From: Lingula anatina
Taxonomy: Eukaryota; Animalia; Brachiopoda
Assembly (NCBI GenBank): GCA_051362555.1
Contig: CM120642.1
Coordinates: 6,634,001 to 6,698,000 of the forward strand
Direction: 5' to 3'
DNA length: 64,000 bases
Made by a program: the position numbers and the translations under genes. Each line of letters starts with the position of its first letter. The first letter of the stretch is position 1. Below are positions 54,068 through 64,000 of this stretch, piece by piece. Under the pieces are notes generated by a model. That model saw nothing but the letters and a program-made list of their open reading frames with translations, was not told where the DNA came from and ran no database searches.

Positions 54068-55698
54068 TTATGCTCAGAAACAACTCCAACATCATTCTGA
54101 GTATAAACTGACATTTCTTTCTGGAAATAGCCACAGTTCTCGGTGTTTCAGTATAGCTTATCTCATTTATCGCATTTATCGTATTCCGTGATATGACCAT
54201 ATGATTCAAGAAAGAAATACATCTCATATTTCTGACAACAGAGAAATGCAATACACTTGATGGTACAGAGATCATACAATCAAGGCAATGTACAATGTAT
54301 TTCAATTTAGCCCGTGGAAATGTATAATCAATATTTCCCAAGATATTTATCAGGACAGAGCCCCCTAAAATATAAATTGGAAATGCATGAAGACAAAATA
54401 ATTTAAGAAAAATAAAAGATGAAAAGAAGGGGAACCTATTCAGTACCATGCGAGCTTGAGCACATCGTATCACTAAATTCGTCAAAAATTCGTCGATACT
54501 TTAAAGAGCACCCCCCCCCCCTTTTTTTTAAAGAATAATTATACAACCTTTATTTCTCCACGGTTTCTGAAATAAAAGACAGAGTTTTAATGCGGATATT
54601 GATTCCCATGCGATCTAATTGTCACAAATACTTGTGTCTGATCGATTCCATTAGCAGGAGCCGACGTAAGCTTTATACGGAGACTGTTGATTTAAATTAC
54701 CTATGGGGCATTAATGTTGCTATCTTCAAAAAAGCTTTTATCCTTCAAAAAGCTTTGAACTTTCTAGTGGTCGTGACATGACCCTCACCATGTAGATATA
54801 TTGATCGCGGGAAAAGAAAATATCTATATCTTAGAAAAATATATAAGTATTATAGCGTGATTTATCCATTTATCGAATCATATATCTATTTATATGTAAA
54901 CTGGTTAGAAAACTATTTAGTTTCTAGTCATTTGGTCAAATTGACGTAAGAACAGAGGTTCGTATTATGAAAAATTCCACGTAAAGGTTAAGATATAAAT
55001 GGAAACAATTGCTATGTGATGAAGGTCATTTTACATCTAAGTTGAACCGTTCCACATAATGAAAACAGGCAGTTTGCCGATTGGCCGTTTTCACTGAAAC
55101 CGAGTTTTGTTATTTTTGTTAAAATTGATGACTCTCGTTCAACTCCCTCTAATGACAAGAATAATTAGTCCCATCATCTTGACAATCCAATTAAACAATT
55201 TGACTTTGACGTATTGATCTCAGACTCCGCCATTACTCTGTCTCAGTCATCTTGTAGTCGCTGTTAAATAAATCGCATGATGTCAAACCCTGTTATATGC
55301 ATTTTTCTTTATATATCTCATTGAAAACGATGTCTCTATGGTCTCTTTATTTAATTGTCAAGATCCGTCGATACTGCTGAGCCCCCAGGACGATTCCTGT
55401 AACCAAGAAAAACAGGCAGAATCCCTCCATGTCAATAAGCATTTTATCTTGCAGCACGTGTTTTATCAGCGCGTCTATATCACGCTGGTGACAATATCAA
55501 GTGGTATCTCATTCCACTTACAAGAGGTGGCTTCAGAGGTAACTGCAGGATCCTAATGACAATGCATTTTCTTACAATTCTCTTCAGATGAAGATTTTTT
55601 TGCAGTAGCTACCATCTTTGAGCCCTGATAGAGTATCAACCCTCTAATAACGTGGACTAACTCTTTCAAGCTCTCCGGGATGAATGGGGTAAAAACAC

Positions 55699-55749
<51 letters not shown>

Positions 55750-56305
55750 GCTATTCAGCAAGTGACACTTAAGTAACACATCCTGAAGCTGAATTGTTTA
55801 TATATTTGGTGACATTTGCTGTCATACCAATTTCATGGACATATTTTTCTCTATAGAATCAATGAAGAACAACAGGTTTGCGGGTGTTCTTGCTCTAAAT
55901 TTGAGCAAATGATTGAAAAATGGATATCTACACCATTATTTTATTTTTCTGTACCATAAATCATGTAAGAGATATTATCTGGAATAAAAAGTATCATTTA
56001 ACACTCCTTGGAGCTGTCATGTGGTAACAAAAACACCTGAAATTAGAGGTGTGGCATCGATTTTTAATCAAAAGTGCAATGTGCTAAGATCTGCTGTGCA
56101 GGTGTTGATACTGATACATGTCAAATTGTTTTAGGTTAAATGTAACCTCTTTCAGTTTTGTGATTTATTTGATATTTAATATCTGATCATATTTATGCCC
56201 TTCATTAACAATACATGTTACGCACATCTTTTCGACAGGCAAAAAGTAGTGCTTAAGTAGTCAGGAATCAGGCGTGTATATATTGTTCTCAAGTCTTAAC
56301 TTTGG

Positions 56306-56343
<38 letters not shown>

Positions 56344-56479
56344 GTGTACCTGTTCAATACAATATAGTGGTGAATATGCCAATTGCCTCCTCATGTAAAA
56401 TCATATCGGACGTAAGGTTTATTGTTTAAGAGCGAAATTCTGCTTTTTAAAATAGAGAGTTACAGGTTGGGGGATACCG

Positions 56480-56768
56480 CAGGGGCGGATCCAGGGTTAT
56501 TTGAAGGAGGGTTTGGAACTACAGGCCTCGGGATCGAAGCCAACCGTCGCCCCCTTGGTGTGGCGTTCAGGGCCTGCTCAAGGGCCCCGAAAATTTTGTG
56601 GGGTTTTGGAGAGCAAACAGTGCCCTTTGGTACGGTTTAGAACTATGATTTAGCTAGTCAAAATTCTAATTTCAAGAGGGGTATATTGCTGTGATAAATT
56701 TTTCGGAAACCGAAAGGGGGGCCAGGACCCCCCCCTGACCCACCCACCCCTCTCTAAATCCGCCACTG
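56480..56768. mobile_element. MITE-like element, CAGGGGCGGAT...ATCCGCCACTG family, copy 2
   Basis: 11-bp TIR with one mismatch; core shared with 8395-8578. Confidence 0.75.
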
Positions 56769-57956
56769 CACTGTAAAAATTGCCCAAGATTAGTAGTTCG
56801 GGGTGGGATAAAAATCATTTGTGTCTCCCTGTAAAACTGTGTAAAACACTGTCAGCAAGCCCTCCCTCACATTGATGTTGTCATTGATTTGTATTGCTAT
56901 ATCACCGTACTATGGCTTGGGCACTTCGGACCAGTGTAAACGCAGGGACTTCCAACTTTGAATACCGAACGTTTCCCTACTTAACCTCGCAATAGAACAT
57001 AAGCCAATGAAAATCTCCATAAGCGTATATTTTTGACCTTGACATAGCAATCGACATGTTAAGCAGAAAGGGGTTCGGGCAGGCCAGTGACTTGCCATGG
57101 ATACCTTTGTCCGCACAAGCAGGTACGAGTACACGCCTGAGTACAGATGCTTCGGTTGCGACGACGCCCTTCATTGTAACAGTTGAGCGAAACGACGTAC
57201 AGCTAAAGAAATAGACGCTATAATTACATTTTTGGAATAGAGGATGTGTGGTCGCTCTATCTTCACGCACGAACGTTAATTACCCATTAGCTTCTCGAGG
57301 GCGCGTGTCAGGCAATTAAGCTGATTACACTGACTGCACTTTAATCCGTCAGAGATAGATCGATCCTGCTGATAGGATGACTTTATTGTGCACACTCACT
57401 TAGAAACAACACGATTTTATGGAAACTGTTTTTTTTTCTTTATGAACGGAATGTAGACGGTGAGTTCCGGCAATTTGATGTGATTACATCAAAAATTGAA
57501 AAATGAAGAATTTTTCAAAAACTGTCAGTGGGCTTTACCAGGTTTATTCTAAAACTTTGATTTTTTACATGTAGAAAATAAACTTGATCCTTATGAAAAT
57601 CAATAGGCTTCAACCTAGACCACTTACCAATCTACAAAATATTGCCCCTGTCGTTAAACAAAAATCTGACTTCAAAAAAACACCAAACGATGTTTTGCAC
57701 GTCGTAAGATAACTGTGCTGTAACAGAGAGTCAGTCTTTGTGTTTTTAAACTGGTGTAATGTGATTTTCCCTGGCTGTGGGGGTTGACAGGGTATAGTTC
57801 GGCATGCTATCGTGTATATCTGTCTTGTGGGCAGTGCATTATTTATTACATACTTCTAGTACCTACCTGGTACATATAACGCACAACATTAAACCAATGG
57901 TCCGTATCATCGCTCTGGTATAAGGAGAAGAAACTAACAGTCGAGGAAAACAAAAA

Positions 57957-58099
57957 ATGAAGTTCGACGAGATACTGGAGCACATTGGAGAATTTGGCAG
58001 AAGTCAGGCTTGGATTTTGTGCCTGCTTTGTATCCCACAAATAAGTTGTGCCTGGCAGATCGTAGTGGTGGTGTTTCTGCAGGAGACCCCAGACCACAG
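57957..58099 (+). CDS. SLC22 / organic cation transporter-like MFS protein, coding exon 1
   Basis: MKFDEILEHIGEFGRSQAWILCLLCIPQISCAWQIVVVVFLQETPDH(R), a typical SLC22 N-terminus with TM1; AAAA-ATG start; donor AG|GTGAGA, phase 2. Confidence 0.93.
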
Positions 58100-58277
58100 G
58101 TGAGATAATTAAATGAAATTAGTGTATAAATACACTCGTGCTGAAGCACACTGGCTCTGGCAGCTACATGGTGCACAGACACTTAAGTCTCGGTAAATTT
58201 TGGAACCGCGTGACAGCCAGGTTGCTACGACGCTAAGGTGTGTGATGGTCTTAAAAGGCGTGTTTTCTGAAACATTA

Positions 58278-58308
<31 letters not shown>

Positions 58309-60397
58309 GAGAGGTGTACGTTAGTTTAGGCTATTGGGACACAGAACAGAAAACTATGCATTCCTCGGCAATGCTTACATGTCGCCTTTTCACACATGTA
58401 CTGCATAAACACCAAACAAGGCTCGCGTTGTTTGTCTTTGCATACATGTCAATCGTTATTACCAAGTCATAAAAATACGTATTTGTCTGAAAATAAAGAA
58501 TAAGGTCTTTAGTGCTGGCCTCTATGGCACATATTTAAACAGACGAACACGATGTTATATCAAAAAGGGCCATCTACATGCACTGTTAAACATACACATG
58601 CCCAATTTTTTAAATAATCCTAAAGATATCTTTTGATTTGGTCCAATCAGAGGTTTCTAATTTCTTAGCAGTCCCGAGGTGGTTAAACCATCAACAGCAG
58701 TAACCGGACAAAAAGAACCTTCATCGCGGCCAAAGACCAACAGAATTTTAATTGAAACCCCAAAATAATGTGCTTAAAGTTAAATTCAGGTTTATGACAC
58801 ATTTCCGTGAAGTGCATGTACAAGTTCTTGCTAGTATATTAACAGTACAATTACAGCATATAACATAATAAATGCATAATTTTTGCCGCTGACTATGATT
58901 ATTAAAAAAAAGATAAAAAAATTTATAATAAATGAATAAATAAATGAGTAAAACGGACTTGTCCTCTGGGGAGAGAGAGTTATTTAATTTTGTGCAAAAC
59001 AGGTTAACAAGGTGATTAATTATTCTGATACCGCAGACTTGTATAAGCCGTATAAGCTTGAACAGGTGGTGTACTAGAATAAGACTATTTATTTACCCTG
59101 CCACCACATCTGTAGACATCAGGAATCCATCACCGCCTGTAATGCGTTCTTTTCAGCATATATATCATAAAAATGGCCAGTTATATGTAGATGTGTAATT
59201 CAGCAAAATATAAGTCTAGCCGTGTAGGTACGAAGGCTACCGATATACACTCGTCACGTTAAGCTTTTGAGAACTGTATTGAGAACATCTATTGTAATTG
59301 CACGTGTAATTTATAACGATGGGGGGAGTATAACAAGATACAGTAGTATTTTACTTCAATCTTTTAATTAAAAATGGCCAGAGTCAAATACATTTGCTCT
59401 TTAGCTACATAGAATTATAGATCTAGCAGATCAGGAGTATCGGTCGCTCTTTATCTCATGCGACATTTTTAAATGCTTAAATCTTCTCTACTGCATCGTT
59501 AAAGAAAGCAGCTCAGATGCTAAATGTAAACTCTGACCACAGAGTGCGCTAGTACATTATTGTATCGCCTATACTATTATGTTAGGATGCCCCTGAAATT
59601 AGAGTGTACGTAGATACAATGAAATGTTTTCAGCGGTGATGGTCAGTTATGACTTTTGTTGAAATTAGCATAGGCCTATACACTCTTGGTCAAATACATG
59701 TAGGTTGTATCACCTTCATTCCTGTGTGCTTTTAATACAATTGAAGACATGACAGTCGTTATCCATTCTGAATTGTTTTTTTTTTAATTCATAATATCAT
59801 TTTTAACGTGGCTTGGGGTTAAGAAAGTCCAAAATACCGGTGAAGATATCCATTAAACGGATTAAATCTCGGCTCTGAGGTTTAATTGCAAGGCCCCCGC
59901 AGCGACGGCGAGGGTGGAGGCGGGAAGGCCATGAGTGTATTAGTCGGCCATATTTAGTCCGAGGATTAACTTGTCCTGAATGCCCTCTATAAGGGCGTGA
60001 CACTATGTACGGTGTATTTTAATTATCTCCTATAAATATATACAGGCGACACGGTATTCCTCCAACAACGGTTACATGTCTGTTTTTATAGGATATTATC
60101 CGATCCTTCCTGAATAGCTTGACAGAGTGTTTTTTAGTTACCTGTGGTTGATTCTTCTCTGCATCGTGCAGGTACTAGTACTCATTAGGATTAATATTCG
60201 AGCTCAAAACGGTCGTTTCTTCCTCAGAATATTCCGTTTTTGCAACAAATCAATCCACAGAAGAGAACCGACATGTGATCATTTTTAAACAAAATCACAT
60301 AGGTGTAAAGGCGGGACAACTGTTTTGATCAAGAGTATAGACGAATAAAAAGTGCAATTTCAATCAAATTATATACCACAGACATATTCTCTTTTAG

Positions 60398-60611
60398 ATG
60401 CAGTCTTCCAGCTTTGGTGAATGATACTTTCTTATTTCAAAATTCTTGGCACGAGGCTCTGGTGAACCTAACTATCCCAGTCAATGACAAAGATGGCGGC
60501 TACGACAAATGTAGCTACTACCGGCAAACCGACTACGGAAATAAAACTGAAGCTGAATGCGATACCTGGGTGTATGACACTTCAGTTTTCTCGAAGACTT
60601 TCCCAATGGAC
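60398..60611 (+). CDS. SLC22-like transporter exon 2 (large extracellular loop)
   Basis: TTTTAG| (R)CSLPALVNDT...DKCSYY...ECDTWVYDTSVFSKTFPMD |GTGAGT; conserved Cys residues and N-glycosylation sequons. Confidence 0.93.
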
Positions 60612-60979
60612 GTGAGTATGTGCTCAGAATACACCAAATTGTTCTGTAATTCACGTGCCCTATCCATATTTCCCTCCCAATTGAATTTTCCTTGAAAAAA
60701 AAGCTACCCACGCTACCCACGAATCATTTTTTTTTTTTTTTGGAGTATAACATTTTAAGAGTTTAATACATTAGGAAAAATGTACATGTACAACATTTAG
60801 ACAAAAATATGACACCCGAGGAAGATTATTTAAGACTGATCTGCGGTTTTGTCCAACTATACATGTAGGTAGTTCGTTACTCAATCTCTGCTGTGCCAAT
60901 TTTATTATTCTGTCTCTCCCAGCTCTTTGTCCATCTTTACCCCTCTTCTTTACTCGTGTTCCAATGGTTACCTTTATAG

Positions 60980-61083
60980 TTTCAGTTAGTTTGCAAAGAC
61001 TCATCCAAGGTCCGAAGTATCCAAGTCATCTTTTTGAGTGCCGTACTCGTAGGATCCATCATTGGAGGAATTCTAGCTGACTA
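60980..61083 (+). CDS. SLC22-like transporter exon 3
   Basis: TTTATAG| FQLVCKDSSKVRSIQVIFLSAVLVGSIIGGILAD(Y) |GTAAGC; 104 nt. Confidence 0.93.
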
Positions 61084-61336
61084 GTAAGCTGATCTATCAC
61101 TCTTATCTATTTAATTTTGAGTTCCCACCTTAGTGCAATGACATGTTCCAGTACTTAATGTTTGACATTTAAATAATTGACTAATTATATAAAATCGATG
61201 GGGCAAATCGTTGCATTAAGAATCACCACACCATATTCAAAACATAAAATGTGTGAGGCGACAAAAATTGTTTACATATACTGAATATTGTTATTACCTT
61301 CATACTCTGATGCATTATAATCTTCATTCATTTCAG

Positions 61337-61491
61337 CTGTGGTCGTAAGCCTGTATTTATTGTAGCCTGTCTTCTCCATGGAAGTGCCGGAGTGGCTGCT
61401 GCTTTCTCTCCCAATTACACTGCCTTTGCAATCTTTAGGTTTTTGGTTGGATTGGCCAGTCCGAACATATTCGCGTCGGCCATGGTGCTCG
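61337..61491 (+). CDS. SLC22-like transporter exon 4
   Basis: TTTCAG| CGRKPVFIVACLL...FAIFRFLVG...SAMVL |GTAAAT; completes MFS motif A (G-ILADYCGRK); 155 nt. Confidence 0.93.
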
Positions 61492-61739
61492 GTAAATAAA
61501 ATAAATAATATGTTTTTTATCTTTTAAATGAAGAGTATTTTGTCTTATATTAATCGATGCTTTAACTGTGATCATCCTTCGTAAAAAGGACACTGTGTAT
61601 ATTGTATATTGTTTTAACATTTCCAATACCATTTTAAAGAGTATCAATTAATGAAGTTAAAATTCCAATCCTAGAGCTAGCTCTTCGGCCTGGAGGTCTT
61701 TGAAAATTAATAAATTGATAAATTTAGTTATTTTTTCAG

Positions 61740-61908
61740 CCTTGGAACTTGTGGGTCCCAGCAGACGTATGGTGGCAGGTTTAGCTCCGGAATTTGCTTG
61801 GTGTACAGGCTTGGTTCTTCTGACACCTCTTGCATATCTCATAAGGGACTGGCGATATCTTCAGCTCGCTGTATCTGTCCCTTCTTTCCTGTATATTTCT
61901 TTATGGTG
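61740..61908 (+). CDS. SLC22-like transporter exon 5
   Basis: TTTTCAG| ALELVGPSRR...AYLIRDWRYLQLAVS...LW(W) |GTGAGT. Confidence 0.93.
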
Positions 61909-62194
61909 GTGAGTATGATCTCGTAAAATAATCATCTTAATTTGACCAGTTACAGGAAGGACAAAACGCGCCCGGAAGTCATTGGAAAACTTAAGGTAAA
62001 ATTATATGAAGTATATTACCCGGTATATAGGATTACTTCAATAGAAGCCATATTTGCCTTGTGCACTTCTTACCAATTTACTTGCAATTGTACTCTCTGG
62101 TGTTGTGAACACTAAATACTGAATCGGAATATATTGCTTTAGTTAGTCGTCTTGTTTTACGACCTTAAGGCCTTTTCAGATTCATTTCGTCTAG

Positions 62195-62407
62195 GCTCAT
62201 ACCAGAATCCCCTCGTTGGTTACTTACAAGGGGTCACACAGAGAGGGCAGAGAAAATCCTACGCTGGGCCGCCAAGGTCAACAAGAAAACCCTTCCTGCC
62301 AATATCTTTGACGAGAAAACACTCGAGAAAACGGAATATGTGAGCCCGCTGGAGATGCGCAAGACTCCAAGGCTCCTTCTACGAACCTTGATTGGGATGT
62401 TTGTCTT
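62195..62407 (+). CDS. SLC22-like transporter exon 6
   Basis: CTAG| LIPESPRWLL...AAKVNKK...TPRLLLRTLIGMFV |GTAGGT; PESPRWL signature. Confidence 0.92.
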
Positions 62408-62768
62408 GTAGGTTTAGCATAGAGAAAACATGAAACATGAAAGGTGCATGCATTGTAACATACATTTACCTCCGTGATCAGTAACAGGGTTGGCAGCGTT
62501 TTAATCCCCCACATGCATTACTTAAGTAATGTGATTGTTTGTGCCGTGGGCTTCATTCTCTAAATAAATAACAGTCATGAACAATCGGAGTTTAAGGCAA
62601 AATGGATAGAAGAAATCGGGAATCTATGTAGGCCCCTATTCGTTATCTTCTTTTTGAAAATGCCTAGGGGCTTCAATTCGGACACTCTCTCTCCCTGTCG
62701 GCTGCTGGTGTGATTTATTAATTTATTTATTGAACTATGAGGATGCCATTCTTACATGTATTTTTCAG

Positions 62769-62992
62769 TTTTGTCATAGCTTTGGTATGGTATGGTCTCG
62801 CCCTAAACCCGGGCACTCTTGCCGGTGATCTCTTCGTGAATTATTTCCTTATGGCCATAACTGAATACCCGGCTTACTGCATTTGTTTCGTCATCAATAA
62901 ATTGGGAAGAAGATGGCCACATGCTATTAGCATGATGGTCGCCGGAGTTGCTATGATCTCCACTATATTTGTCGAGCTCTATGCTCAGAAAG
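62769..62992 (+). CDS. SLC22-like transporter exon 7
   Basis: TTTTCAG| FVIALVWYGLALN...LAGDLFVNYFL...EYPA...LGRR...YAQK |GTAATA. Confidence 0.92.
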
Positions 62993-63335
62993 GTAATACC
63001 AGTAAATGTTTTTGATATGCGCAGCGTCTACAAGTATACGAAAGCTGTATCAGATATATAATGGAAAAAGAACATCATTTATTAGCATAATATTGAGACC
63101 TTTGTTTCTATAAACAAATTGTCAGTAATTGGATAAGTATTCTTGGGCAATCTCATAGAAAAGAATAGTAATTTGAAATATATGTAAACTTGAACGTGCA
63201 AATTTTTGATAAATATACAATTTCGTAATAGTTACAGAAAATGCTCTTCCTCTTTCACATTGTTTTGAGGGCAATGAAAACGTTACCTGGTACCAAATTA
63301 TGATTTACATATTCTCTCCATGCTTCATATATCAG

Positions 63336-63520
63336 GGATACTGTCAACGGACGTTGCTCAAACCTCTCTCTTTATGCTTGGCAAAACTGGAATCACCACA
63401 GCCTTCGCCATTTTCTTTATGTGGAGTGGGGAATTTTCCCCGACGCCCCTGAGAAATTTCGTGGTAGGCATGTGCAACGTGAGTGGTAGGGTGGGCGCCG
63501 TGTTTGCACCGCTGATAGTG
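63336..63520 (+). CDS. SLC22-like transporter exon 8
   Basis: ATCAG| ILSTDVAQTSLFMLGK...GEFSPTPLRN...GRVGAVFAPLIV |GTACGT. Confidence 0.9.
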
Positions 63521-63845
63521 GTACGTTTTTTTTTTCACTTTTTTTAATTTTCATGGTAATTCATAACACTATGATAATTATGATTTAATTAAAACCACAA
63601 CAAATAAAGGTTGAAGTAGTACAAAGTAATTTGTAAATGTACAATGCGCTTTAGATCCAGCAAAAAAATTTGAAAATTTTCTGACGATTTTTTGCTATAT
63701 CTGAAACATAAAAGTATGTCACTACACATGTACTTTGATAATTTTTTTATGGTATTTTGTATATTTTTATTTAAATCTGTATGCAGTATTTTAACCATTA
63801 AACCGTTCAACAGAGACGAATAAATTAACAACTCTCTTTTTTCAG

Positions 63846-64000
63846 GAAGCATTTGAAAAAAACGCCCAACTTGGGAACACAATACCATGGATAATATTTG
63901 GCGTGATGGCGTTGCTTGCCGGAATAAGCTCCCTTTTTCTGCCAGAGACTCGTAACAAGCAACTCCCAGAAACATTGATGGATGCTAATGATGTTGGTGT
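63846..64000 (+). CDS. SLC22-like transporter exon 9 (reaches the window edge; gene incomplete)
   Basis: TTTTCAG| EAFEKNAQLGNTIPWIIFG...LFLPETRNKQLPETLMDANDV; LPET...LPET signature. Confidence 0.92.

Overview
AT-rich animal genomic DNA (GT-AG introns, microsatellites, MITEs; probably a marine invertebrate such as a mollusc, which is an inference). No prokaryotic, CRISPR, rRNA or tRNA features are supported, and most ORFs in the track are noise. Two genes lie head-to-head. (1) On +, an intact SLC22/organic-cation-transporter-like MFS gene: 9 coding exons from 57957 to the window end, about 520 codons, all splice phases consistent. (2) On -, about 50 kb that appears to be the 5' region of one unidentified gene whose shared exons lie left of the window. 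It holds at least five ATG-initiated exons with unrelated sequences (ATGs at 50797, 34315, 21774, 20841, 1570), all ending at a GTRAGT donor in phase 2, plus weaker candidates and two frame-preserving microexon candidates (18 nt and 3 nt). This looks like an array of interchangeable N-termini. Mobile DNA includes a deleted AcademX-like element carrying a decayed L1/Tx1 fragment, a PIF/Harbinger-like element with a degenerate spliced ORF, and several MITEs.
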